From: Massalongia carnosa
Taxonomy: Eukaryota
Assembly (NCBI GenBank): GCA_965645245.1
Contig: OZ287086.1
Span: 930,001-994,000 of the forward strand
Direction of reading: 5' to 3'
DNA: 64,000 nt
Part shown: positions 22,754-35,200 of the stretch, piece after piece
How the letters are laid out: each line of letters begins with the position of its first letter
Position numbering within the stretch: the stretch's first letter is position 1
Program-made: the position numbers and the translations under genes
The notes under the pieces: generated by a model
The model's input: only the letters and a program-made list of their open reading frames with translations
Databases searched by the model: none
Told to the model about the DNA's origin: nothing

Positions 22754-24380
22754 TGTCAGCTCCAATCACTAGCTTCTTATGTTTTGCCAGACATTCGCTT
22801 GAACTTTCATCTATCTGATGTTGTAGAGGTCGGAGCGTGCGAATGTAAAAGGGAAAGACAATGCACGAGCGTTCGGCTCTGACGTCATGATTCCACTTCG
22901 GGATGAGACGTGTCCAACACAACATGACGCTTGAAAGTCGAAATGAAGTTGGAAGCAAACTGATGAAATAGGCGTTCGTAATCAGGCCGTAGCCGCATCG
23001 TTGAGAACGAGTCAACGAACCGCTTCATGAAAAGGTGATTCCTTCAAGGATATCAACCCGATAAAATCTGTACTGTGACATTCGACGAACGCTCTTTGCA
23101 ATCCACTGACGTAAAGCATATGCGAGTCACACGTCTGAAATGACAAGCGCAGACGTGGATCAACTACTTCCTGATCGACGTCGAGTTCAACGGGTAGTCA
23201 CTTGTTGACGAATCCGAAAAGGCCAAGACCAGTGGCAATCCAGCAGGCTTGTCGAGGAAGACACGTCACGGGCGCGAGCGGTCGCACGTACTTTGGTAAT
23301 ATTCAGCGTTGTGAACTAACTACCACAGTAGCAAAAAGGTCAGGGTGCATAAGACATGTCTGGCCGACGTCACAAGCATGGTGTCGATATAATCCTGACC
23401 CGGAACTGATCGGCCATCCACATGGGACTAATGTACTCATCAATCGCTTCGGGCGATGGCTTACTAGTCGTCTTCCCTCATTAGCCGCGCGTTTCTACTT
23501 CCTGCTGTGTTTCTTCTTCATCTCCATCGTGGGATGCTTGGCGAGTACTACGATATTCATATGCCGGATGAGGAAGATCAATTCCCTGCTCGAGCGCCTC
23601 AAAAACGACACTCGTCATCCCATCAAGTGGGCCGACGAGGTGCCGCCCGAATCGCTCGTGCGGTTTCTTCATTTGGGCCTACAACGACTGAGGAAGGGAT
23701 ACGAAAAGTGGCAGGAGCTACGTATTGAGGATGATATATATTTCTTCGGTATGGGGAAGACGCGCGAGGGGAGTTTAATCCGTTGACAAAAAAGATTCAG
23801 GCAAGCCGGATCCTACATACAACCGAGCACAAATGGGAAATGGAAAGGATGATGGTCGATAGACGTAGCAAACAGTGGGCGATTTTTGTTCATGGGTTTG
23901 CGATGCGAATGCAATGCAATCTACGTTGACTATCCTGTTCATCATACACGTTCCTTTCCGCTCCAATCGGCTCACAAATCTCAACCGATTTGTCACATCA
24001 TCGACGTATTCTCGTTTCGTTTTTTTCCCCCACCACTTTCAGTGCGTTGAGGTAGGATGGTCTACGCGTTGCAGGTTTCCATGAACATGTTAAACGAGGA
24101 CGTTGTTTTATCTCTACTGTCCCTACATCCATTCGGATAGGCCCGAAATGAGTCAATGGGACTGTGAAAGGAAGACAAGTTCCCCGGAAGGGATAACGAG
24201 ACATGTGGAGGGAGGGAGTGTGGGTTATCAGCTATGTATGTGTGGCACGGTTTCCGCATGACTGTATTGAGTTGGCCCGGGTACTACCAAGTACCTCTCC
24301 TGCACTTATCTGTAGGATATTCGAGGGATCGCAAGCTATATCGTGATTATCACGCGTGCGTATGAATAGGTGGTAGAGAG

Positions 24381-24500
24381 TGTTAAAATATACAGTTGAC
24401 GGCATAATGTTGAAATTACTACGGAGGTGACTGCTTATATTAGTCATGGCAGCCTGCAGGGCTGAGCTAGAGCTAATGGGGCTAAGCGAGTATTCCAACA
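24381..24500. repeat. Very short solo LTR (120 bp), family B
   Basis: tgtt...aaca ends and TSD gagag. A reverse-orientation homolog lies at about 43943-44237. Confidence 0.85.
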
Positions 24501-24788
24501 GAGAGCGGGTTCTTGGTGCGCCTAAGAAGACTAACCTCGAGAAAATAGCCAATCTTAGAGAGAAAGGCTAGTTACGTGCAATGTCGTTGGAGAATTTGTA
24601 AGTTTGATGGGATGGGATGCAGCCGTAATGATACATAAAGAGGAAGGTCGGAATAATGCTTTGCAAGCGCGCCGCACCAAACAATTTCGACATTTTGTCT
24701 TGCTCCCCACTACTTCCCCTCTGGGAAGGTTCAATCGCTCACATTCACCGCCACTGCATGTTAAATAATAAACCAACTTCATAACCTG

Positions 24789-26577
24789 ATGAACACAATG
24801 GCCATTTTCTCTCCCATCCATTCAGCATCAACTCCAATCCTTTCTTCCGACCTCATCCTTGCATGGCTAGACAGCGTTGAGTCGGTCCACGACCCTAACG
24901 CTCTGCCACCTTCACCATTCCCCAGGTCGCGCAAGCGCAAGGCATCACCGTCAGTCAAGCCACTGCAGCCAATACTCAACCTATGCACCCGTACGATGCC
25001 CTCTCCACTGAAGGATAAGACGCAGCAATCCGGTCAACCTACAACCAAGCCACCTACCTATCACAACATGCCGGATGAGAACGAAACATCGCCCAGGCGG
25101 TCCATGAGAAATCGTTCACCCACCTCCAAAGCAAAAGGGAACCAAGCAGCAATTCCTCCGGTTTCGTCGAGATTACCGAATGCAAACCCAGCTTCTGCTT
25201 CTCATACCCAGAAGGTGCCTACGTTTCACAGCGGCAGCAACACATACGACACTGACCGTACCACCAAATCGCCAGTCAAAGTAGATCGTCCGATCCGGGA
25301 GAAGCCAGACGAAAATCGTGAGCGTGGAAGAGGATCATATATTGAGGATGAGACGGAGAATACCGTTTTGTCGGACCTCGCTACGATATCATTTCATGCA
25401 ACGGAGGAGCGCACCACTGATCGAACACGCTCGAGCAGTCCCAATAAGGAGATTGCAAGAATGGGTTACTACAATCCACCAATTACCATCCTCCATGCGC
25501 AGTCGTCGGATCATCCGGCCTGCGTCACCACTTTTCTGACAAAATTCAAGGCTACGATCAAGGGCAAGGCTGTTATACCAGCATATCTCAAGGTATACCA
25601 ACCCATGAGCCATGAAAGACCTTAGCTGATTCGGTTTCCATTTCAGGACTCTCTTGATGCTGAACGTCTCGGTGTCGCTGAGCCTGATGACTTTAATTAT
25701 GGACAGCAAGTTGCGGCTGATACGGATTCCAGTTTCCTCTGGTCCAGGGTCAAGGAAATAAAAAATGCCGCGGATGAGTGTAGAGAATATGGTGGTTACG
25801 AAGGAAATTGGATTGATTTGGTGGTTAAGCCGCTTGTAGAGCTTACCCTAAGACACGGTAGATTTACGAGGAGAATTCGCGCGTCTAACGTGTAAGCTAA
25901 CACAACCGCCCGTTCTAGCATTAACTGACGGATTACGTAGGGATATGGTTCAAGTTCAGCCTCGGAATCTCCTTCCTCTGGATCCACAACGAAACCAACC
26001 GGTCCCGTCACGCAAAATAGACATTATCCTCGCCCTGGAGCTACCCTCGGACCGAGTGGCGAAGGCGTTTGCTCGCTGGGCTGACGAGGATATCTCCTTT
26101 AATCAAAGCTCTGGGGATTTTCATCGACGAGTGCCCATCTTTACCAACATCGAGGTCAAGCGCACGCATGGGATCGAACCTCTGGTTCAGCTTGGTATCT
26201 GGTCCGCTGCGGGATTCCAAAAGCGAAGCCATGATGGGGATGAGAAAAACGAGGATGAATTGCCGACGCTGCTGGTGCCTGGCTCGACCGTGGTTGGCGA
26301 CCTGTGGACTCTGTATGTGGCATACAAGAAACACAACGGGTCCGTGGTAAGTTGGGCTGCGTTTTCTTCCCATGTTTCAAAGTGTCCGCTGACATGCTTG
26401 ATACGACAGGTCCTCGCTGGCCCGATAACGATTGGTCTTACTAATAGCTACCTCGGCATCTTTCAGATCATTAATTGCATACTAGTGTTATCGGAGTGGG
26501 GCCTGGGTGAGTACAATACGTGGCTGGAAGATGTTGTCTGGAAACGCTTGGAGCATGCACCAACAGGTATACCATAG
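24789..26577 (+). CDS. Fungal PD-(D/E)XK nuclease-like protein with disordered N-terminus (4 exons)
   Basis: Introns 25593-25646, 25892-25940 and 26347-26409 give one frame. Motifs EGNWIDLVVKPL, RKIDIILAL, SFNQS, NIEVKR, VQLGIW, VVGDLW, IGLTNSYLGIFQI. Confidence 0.82.
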
Positions 26578-26908
26578 GCACGTCATAAGGGGTTTATCCG
26601 CGATCAATTCATGTCTCCATTCTTAGCGGATGTGGCTTCGCACAAACAAGGAGTCCGCTCTTGCAACGATATCCTCATGCAATTCGAGCTTGACAAATAT
26701 AGCAGAAAGCCGAAAATGAAGAGCTTGCAAGATGTTTCTATCACTCTTTCGTGTTAAAAAAAACCTATGGACGTATCCAGTACTTCCGCTTAGGCCAGCC
26801 ATATGGGACAGCCAGGAATGCGAAGAAATCCAATAACATCAACGCATTTTGCAGTCACTCCGACGTCCCTATCCAATCTTCTAATCAATCAGCTAGCAAC
26901 TCTCCGGA

Positions 26909-27300
26909 TTATTCCTGCTGGCTAGAGCCACAATCACCCGATGATGAAACGGTCGCCTTACAACTCGTTTGGCTAGCGGACCTCGACTCGCTGTTGGTGT
27001 TGATGTTTTTGCCCTCATCCCTAAAATCTCTTGAGACATTGCGTCGGATCCATTCGCGACGGAGAAATACCCGATGGGAAAGAAGCGAGTGGTGGTTCAA
27101 AAAGCTATCTCGATGACGTTCGAAGCGATTAATTCGCAGAATATTCCCATTCAACTCGTCTGAAGCGATCCTCAGTTTCGCCTCTTGCTCGAGAGTTAAA
27201 CGGTGGACGATGCTTCGGCTGATTCCCGGTGCCGTCTTTTTAGCATGTCGCTGAAGGAAGGCTAGTCCTGACATATGCTCGGTGAATGTCAGATTCCAAA
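26909..27300 (-). pseudogene. Possible gene relic of unknown family
   Basis: 121-aa ORF with protein-like composition but no recognised motif. It lies at the edge of the GC-richer block. Confidence 0.25.
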
Positions 27301-27786
27301 AGATCTGGCAGAGCGCTATTGACTTTTTTTTCCCTCGAGAGGGCGAGGTTCTACGATGCTTTTCTCCGAAGCTTTCGACGAGGAGCTATTGGTATTTAGT
27401 TTTATTTGCACACTAACGGACTAATCTGCGTTTCATTTCAGTCTTCGGAAATCGGGGCCAAACATTGTTCGTGTTTCAGTTTTATCACGAACGGACCTTG
27501 TTATGCCAGAGTTGAAATCCACAATTCGCTACAAGACGCACTGCCTCGAATGGTTAACTTTTTTCTTTACCGCCACATACTCGTTTCAACTCTAGACCCA
27601 ACCGGGGACGTCGCCTTACTCTCTCTCTGGGGTTCCTGTCATGGGATATGAAAATGATACCCCCACAGAAAAATCCACTATTATATACACTAAAAAACAC
27701 ACAAAATATCATCAAGAAATGGCAGTTAACGACTGCTATATAAGCGAATTATATTTTTAAAAAAAAAACAAACAAACAAAAAACAA

Positions 27787-27866
27787 TGGACGGGGCGGTT
27801 TCGAACCGTACACAACCGATATCTCAATCTTATATCCTTGATTTAACCTACCAAGATCACCCATCA
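27787..27866 (-). other. tRNA-like cloverleaf (pseudo-tRNA or SINE head) followed by a T-rich tract
   Basis: Stems gatggg/cccgtc, tgat/atca and gatat/atatc. B-box ggttcgaaacc. Downstream T-runs. T-stem and anticodon loop are non-canonical. Confidence 0.5.
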
Positions 27867-28729
27867 AGGGCCGCAGGTCAAGATGAGAATAGAACCGATT
27901 CAAAGACTGACTTAAAAAGAACCCGAAAATAAAATATCCTATCAAAGCTTGCACTCGATGCCATCTAGCGAAAGACTCGAAGCACAAGCCCTTTAGAAAT
28001 TTACAATAGTTATTAATTCCCAAGGGCCCAGGCGGCATTGAACCATGGATTTTGTCACCGACCTACCGGATTGAGATTCGCTTTTCTAGAGACAGATGAA
28101 TCTTCGTCATATGATTAGCGCGTCCCAATCAGGACGAAGAGAATTCAAGGAATCTGGCTTCACCGCATGTACGAGTACTTGTCAAGGCATGTTAGCAAGT
28201 ACGGAGGGCCACCGCCAGTTTCCGCCGGGGACAAACTATGGCTCGATTTTGATAACGATGGATAGATATACCAAGTACTTCAAATATCTTTCACCACGGG
28301 AGTTATGATAGTGTTTTTCACTAAAGTCGTGTAGTGCGGTGTAACTAGGACTACCGTACCACTCCCGTACCTGTACTATATCCTTAGTTACACCACACTA
28401 CACTAATCCAATGGATGCACTATTGGATATGTTAAGATCCATGACGTCTTCCTCAAATATCGCACTGTCCATCAACGAGAAAGTCAAACTGTATTTCAAT
28501 TGACTGCTTACATCTGCACTACAGAGGACGTTCTCCCCCGCAGAAGCCAAGTATGCGGATGAATACCATTCTCGAAGTTTTGAAACTGACACTTTGAGAA
28601 GAGATACTCAAACACAACTCAACGGTTACCACCCCGAGAGTTGTCAAAGCCTCTTGCCCAAAAGCTGGAAGCTATTAACAATAACTATGATAAGGGAACT
28701 GCCTCTTATTGATGCTCCGCTCTGTCACG

Positions 28730-29300
28730 TCACCGCACCTGCTTAGCGTAGTACTCCCCTAAAAATCCTGGGCCGTTGCTCGATATCTTACCGTCGAGTT
28801 TCTTAGTGCTGCATGATGTAACTCGAATAGTGTGGGCTAGCAAACGGCCTCAACCCGTTGAAGATATTAGTCCCTTTGCTCGCAGCAGAAGAGACAAAGT
28901 TCTACAAGCCTTGCACCGGCTTAACGACAACAATTCATTCTATCAAAACATTGTCATCGACTTTGACTTGTTGGAACGCTGGGAAGACGAATCCGTTCCA
29001 GCGGGTATTGCTTCTCGTGTTTTACGTTGTGGATCGGATTTTGCGGAAAGGGAAGGATACGCTGCAGATCTTAAAAGTGAGAATAACGAAAACGACCTTC
29101 ATCATGCCGTCGAAAACATTGGGTTGGATGATTCGGGTATATTATGTGGATGTTTGTATACAGACGCTCACGATACTTGAGACATCCAACTATGAAATTA
29201 GTGGCTACAACGACGAAGATTTTGAAACCAAAAATCCGAAAATTTGGATCTGTTAATGCTATCAGCATGGCTACTTGTTGAGGCTATCCCATGCTTCTCA
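28730..29300 (+). pseudogene. Helitron-like Rep/helicase N-terminal fragment (DUF6570-like)
   Basis: LLDILP..L..V.RIVW...P...D....R.RRDKVLQAL.RL..NN..Y.NIVID pattern, typical of the region preceding the Rep domain in fungal Helitron-like proteins. No Rep or helicase motifs follow. Confidence 0.55.
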
Positions 29301-32217
29301 AAGACTGGACGTCGGTAAAAGTACCTGCTTCGGGGATATGTCATTTAGCCATCCCTGTACCAGGAGTTCAGCAGTCAGCCCGTCGATGAGCGGGGTCATT
29401 AGAGTTGAACGGAAACTACCATGGCGCTAAAGGTCAAGAACGGCAATGTTCAGCTGGCGCGAGCGAGAATAACTCGATCACCTCGAGAACCTCAAACGTG
29501 GTGGAATAAATGAGAGTTGGAGATATTCATTGGGGATATATTGTTACGCGCACGTTTCGATCAAGATAAAACGACTATTCCACTCGCTTATTTATTCGAT
29601 TTTTACTACGTTATTCACATTGCCTCGAACTTCAGTCATTAGACATAAATATATATCCGAGAAAGAGGACCGCTGCTAAAACTAAGTTAGTTTCAGCTCA
29701 TAGGGGCAATCTGAAGCGACGAGTCAAAATCGCATCTACTCTGTTCGCCGGTGAGTAGTGTACTGCAGTTAAGTCAAGACCGCGGTGCAGATATACAGGA
29801 TTGCCACGATAGACGCAGGACCGGTGATAAGGATAAAAGATTTTTCAGAACGAGCGATGTGACGGGGCTCCACGTGTCATATATGATCAGGTAACATGGC
29901 AGTCCAATGCGGCTGAGGGTGGGGATAAAAGAGAGTTTTTGTTGGCGTTTTCTTCGACATCTCATCTCGACACATGCATCTTACATCAACACATCCTACC
30001 ACACATTCGCTTCATGCGTGCAGTCGGCTAGACGGGTTCTTCACCTGTCTATTCAGTCGTAGGCCTATTCGGTCATCTGTGTGTATGTTCACTACTCGGT
30101 TCACCTTCTACTTATCACGTCGCACCACCTACCGTTAGCACACGCATCATCGCCCCTTCTCAGTGGTCTAATAGAACCTTGTTTCTTCTATCTTCATGAT
30201 CTCTTGCACCCTACGCAGCCGTTCCGGCAGGACCACACCAACGGATTCTGATCTAGAACCGGAAGCACAAACCCCTAGGTTGGGCGTATTTGTTTGACAG
30301 TCAGATACTTACGGATCTCAACAACCGCACCGAGCAAGCCAGAGTTTCCTACATCTCGATAATCTGATACTTTCAGCCCACCAGGCACATACTTCTGAGT
30401 AATTTGGGCTTCCCTCAAGCAGCAAGGCACTCAAATTGAGCATGGGAGAGCTCCTGCAAGGCTCCTGCAGAAATTTTCTGTTGCTCGCTTGCGCTCAACA
30501 CCAAAAATCGCTCCTTAAAAATTAATAAAACAATCACAGATCGCTTATTCTTGCGGTAATTCGCGGGCTCCATCGTGTCAGCTGAACATATACATAATTT
30601 CTATCTATGTTTGGGCAACTCTCCCCTCGCTGCTGCCCTGCTGGCGCTCAGTTTTGCTGAGGGCCCCTCCTATAATGGCTTTGTTTTGGCAGCAGTGAGG
30701 GGAAAAACTCCATCTACCTATGCGGCTGATTCAGGGAGTGGGTGGGTGGGCAAAAGACCTTTTGGTGCTGAACTCCGAATCAATGGTGATGATGAGGAGA
30801 AGAGTGCCAAAAGGCCACCTATTTATGCCCTTTCTCTCCTTTGCTTGTCCAACTGTTTTGGACATCATCCTCCTTTGTCCTTCGGCCTTCGTTGGCTGTT
30901 CGCGGCCTGCCTCCACTCGGTCCCGGCATTACCTTTCGCCTTAGCCGAATTACGTTTATTTTTGTTTTGCTGTCGCAAATTTTTACTGATGAAATCGAAA
31001 TCGACTTCAGCACATAAAGCAATTTGCGACGTACGGAGATGGAAAGGATGTAAACGTATAAAGCGATTGAAATACATATGAAACTTTCAAATTCTTTAAG
31101 TCATGTTAAAGTCTTATCAACAAACGAACGCAAATTACAATTTCGTTTTCTATTATTTCCTTGACATAACGCACAAGATTATCGATCAACTTGCGAGTAT
31201 TTTAAATTATCTTTCTCTTTTATATTGTAAGAGTCAGACCTGGCGATTATCAGACACCAGGCCTAGGGATATGTGACAATGTGAAGACACTAATGATTTG
31301 CTATACTAATATACTAAAAGAAGTATGTAGGTAAAGCGGAAGACTAATCGTTGAAGATTGCATCTCCCTCGAGCAGCCTCCTTATATACCCGGACCGAAG
31401 CCCTTGACCCTCTGGGCCCTTGATACTGTAACTATCTTGACCGCCCATTACTCCTACCGGATAAGCCGGCTAAACACTCTGCTGACTGCATCGTGGACAC
31501 TGTGCTGACTGTATCGTAAACACTGTGCTGACTGTATCGTGGACATTGTGCTGACTGTATCGTACCATCCGCTCACTAGTCGTACGAGCATCCTCGTATA
31601 TCTCGATCGCTCGTACTATACTCTCGGCAGTAGATACCAACCGCGTAACGCAGACCAACTGCTTTCCATATGACTAAGCCTAGCCGTAGAACTAAGCCCC
31701 GCTTAGTTAGCTTAGCCCTTATTCCTTCTATGCCCTGACAATTGCCTCCTCTCCTATAGTGCTGGTCCTCCAGCACGTACAGTACTCGAACGCGGAAGGG
31801 TGTGTGTAGGGACGTGATAGAAGATGTCGCGTAGATAGCAAGTTTGTTGTGTAGAAAGCGCGAATACCTGGCGCTTGACGTAGGTAGATGTAAATATCAC
31901 TAGCTTCTCGGTAATGCTGGGTCGCCGATGCCGCTCCGAGCGCTAGAAGTAGCGGAGAAGGGGACGATGGCGATTATCAGCAGAGATCCGAGCTCGGTAA
32001 CGCTAGCGTTGGTGGTTTGTTGATTTAGGTGAAGACGGTGAGGAGTACGAGATTGTTGTCTCCGAAACCTCCTCCAGCGAGAGTCTCAAGGAAGAAAAGG
32101 GTGATGAGGAGTCGGACGAGGAAGTAGAAGATACTGATGGTGATGATGAGGTGCCGGACGAGAAAGCAGAAGGTTCCGATGGTGATGAGATGGCGAATAA
32201 GAAGGGTTTCGCTGGAT

Positions 32218-35200
32218 TCAGCGAGTAACCTGTAGTTTCTTGATTCGCCTGCGCTTTGCTTTCGGCTTTGCATCGAAATCCTGCTTCAGTTCTAAGGCTC
32301 CATCCAGATCTTTCTCTGGTACCCACTCATCATATTCTTCAGGGTATCCTACCCATTTTACCTTATAGAATATTTCCCCTTTCTCAGACCTTCTACCTAT
32401 AATTTCTTCCACTTCCCATTCCTGTTCATCGTTAATAATTTCAGGTGGGGGTAGAAACGGTATATGCTCTTGACCATCTCTTCGCTTGTAAGGTTCTAGG
32501 TAAGAGACATGAAAGACCGGGTGAATTCTATAAGTCGTAGGAAGAGCAAGACGATACGCCTGCTTGCCGACTGCTTCTAGAATGCGAAAAGGACCTAAAA
32601 ACTTATGTGAAAGTTTCTTACTAGGCCTTTTTTGTTTTAGATTCTTGGCAGATAACATTACCAAGTCCCCTTCATTGAAATCTTTCTCAAGATGTTTCCT
32701 GTTGTAGTACTTGGCCTGCGCTTCGGATACGCTTTTCCAGCGTGCCTCTAAAGAATATCTGAACTCGTGTAATTGCTTTACTCGTTCTTTCGCAGCGGGC
32801 ACCCTCTCCACAGCGATGTCGTCCCCGACTTCGTAGCGAATCTCCGGGTTATAGCCGTACATACAATAAAAGGGGCTGCACCCAAGCGTACTTTGATAAC
32901 TGACTTGGTAGACAAATTGTGCTAGGGGCAATAGTGCCACCCAGTTGGATTGATTGTCAGTGCAGTAAACTCTCAAATAGTGTTCAAGGGTCTGGTTTTG
33001 TCGTTCGGTTTGGCCATCAGTTTGAGGGTGAAAGGCCGTGCTAAGCCGGCGTTTCGTCTTTAAATGAAAACAAATTTCTGACCAGTACTCACTGGTAAAG
33101 ACCGACCCTCTATCCGATACTATGCCCTCAGGAGCGCCGAACTGTAATACTACCGATTCAAACAGAATTTCTGCCAGGTCCAATGCATTGATTTTTTTCG
33201 TAACCGGGATGTATAGCGCCATTTTGGTATATCTATCCACAATTACTAGGCACGAGTCATAAACCCGGCCGAAACGCTTGCTAGGTGGAAACCCAGTTAT
33301 GAAATCCATAGTGATTTCTTTCCAAGGACCGGAAGGACGTGGAAGCGATTGCATAACCCCGTAAGGTCGGTGCCTAGGCGCCTTCGTCCTTTGACAAATG
33401 TCGCAGGATTCCGTGTACTTCTTCACAGTCTTGTTAAGTCCTTTCCAATAGTATTTGCGGGTAAGCAACTCAGCTGTTTTCTCCGCACCAAAATGACCCG
33501 CGAGCTCGTCGTCATGATGACGCCGCAACAGCTCCGCACGAATAGATTCTTCATCGGGCACGTAAATTCTGCCACGATGATTGAGAAGATCATTGCTATC
33601 TATAGTCCAAATTGCTTCGGGGGAGCGACCACCCTTGCGCTTCAAAGACTTAGCAACGGTCTCTCGCCTGCTAGACACGAATGCGTCTTTCCCCTGTAGC
33701 GCCTTGATGAGTTCAAGCACTGACTTGGAAGCACTTTCCAAAGGCTTTTCTTCATCTGATAAGGCAACAGCTACAGCCCGGGGAATACATTGCGTCAAGC
33801 CGACTTCAAAAGTATCACTCTCTTCGTCAAGAGAAGTAATTGATTTAGAGGTTTCACCCTCTAAATTCTCCAGGGGTTCAATCCCGGACGAAGCTATCTT
33901 TGAGCGAAGATCATACCTAAGTGCGGCAAGCACCGTACGAATTCCCGGCGTATAACCTACGCATAAGGAATCTATTTTGCTCAGCTTCTTTTGAAGAGTA
34001 GGCAACAATCTCGTCACCTCGGTGTTGATGCTCTGATAATCAGGGCGCCTAGACGGTGCATCGGCAGGATTGGTCTTTCCCGAGCGATGCATGATTACGA
34101 AATCATAAGCGGCTAATTTCATAGCCCATCGCGCTTGCCGACCACTCAACACCTTAATATTCATAAAACCCCTCAAATTGTTGTGGTCTGGCAGGACCTC
34201 AACGGGGTGCAGGCTACCCTCCAGGTAATGCCTCCAGTGTTTAAAACACATCACAATGGCCAGCAACTCTTGATCATGGGTTTCATAGTTGCGCTCGGCC
34301 GGTATCATCTTCCGCGAGTAGAAAGCGACGGGATGCCATTGCCCATCCTTCTGCAACTGGGAGATAATGCCAGAGATTCCGAAATCCGATGCATCGGTCT
34401 CTAGGCGAATGAGCAGTTCTGGATCGAAGTGAACCAAGATGGGCGCGCCCTGAAAGGCTTCTTTCAGCTTGCTAAACGCTTCCGCTCCTTCGGCCGTAAG
34501 ATAAAAAGTACCCCTTTTTATCCCAGCCTGCATGCCTTTCAGCATGTCAGTCAATGGCCTAGTGATTTGAGAATAATGACGTATGAAACGTCGATAGAAA
34601 TTGGCGAATCCTAGAAAGACCTGAATGTCTCGAAAGGACTGAAGTGCAGGCCAATCCCGCACGGTTTCAACCCGGCGTGGATCCATGGAGATACCATCGC
34701 TGCTAATGATAAACCCTAGATATTCCACGGCCGGAGCAAAGAACTCGCACTTTTTAAGATTTGCATAGAGATCGTGTTTCCTTAGACGACGTAACACCTC
34801 TTTAACATGCTCCACATGGCTGGTTCTATCTTTGGAAAATACCAATATATCGTCCAGATAGACTACGCAGAAAACATCCACGATCCCAGATAAAGCTTTA
34901 TTGATGTAAGCTTGAAAAGTTGCAGGGGCGTTGGCTAATCCAAAAGGCATAACCATATATTCGTAGTGTCCGTAACGGGATCGAAATGCCGTCTTCCACT
35001 CGTCGCCCTTGCGGATTCGGAGACGATGATAAGCATCTCGCAAATCCATTTTGGTAAAATAGGAACACCCGTTTAACTGATCCAGTATCTGCGTGATAAG
35101 AGGGAGCGGATGACGATTCTTTTTGGTCACCTTATTCAATCCTCGATAGTCAACGCAGAGGCGCAGAGTACCGTCCTTCTTAGGCACAAATAGTATTGGT

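Noticed and set aside
23202..23786. 194-aa ORF between the DXO-like and PD-(D/E)XK genes
   Set aside because: Non-ATG start, no recognisable motif and no convincing splice model. A small gene cannot be excluded without RNA data.
28329..28403. About 22-bp imperfect inverted repeat
   Set aside because: Single copy with no clear TSD. It may be a tiny MITE remnant but cannot be supported.
7345..29300. Calling the island a Starship or Helitron capture
   Set aside because: No captain recombinase, boundary repeats or Helitron termini are visible. Kept only as a hypothesis.
29542..31225. Possible LTR and MITE ends (tgttacg at 29542, tgtgacgggg at 29858)
   Set aside because: I could not pair termini or find TSDs. 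Probably decayed repeats.
31490..31565. Four tandem 23-bp repeats resembling a CRISPR-like array
   Set aside because: There are no spacers. They are internal LTR repeats present in all three copies of that LTR.
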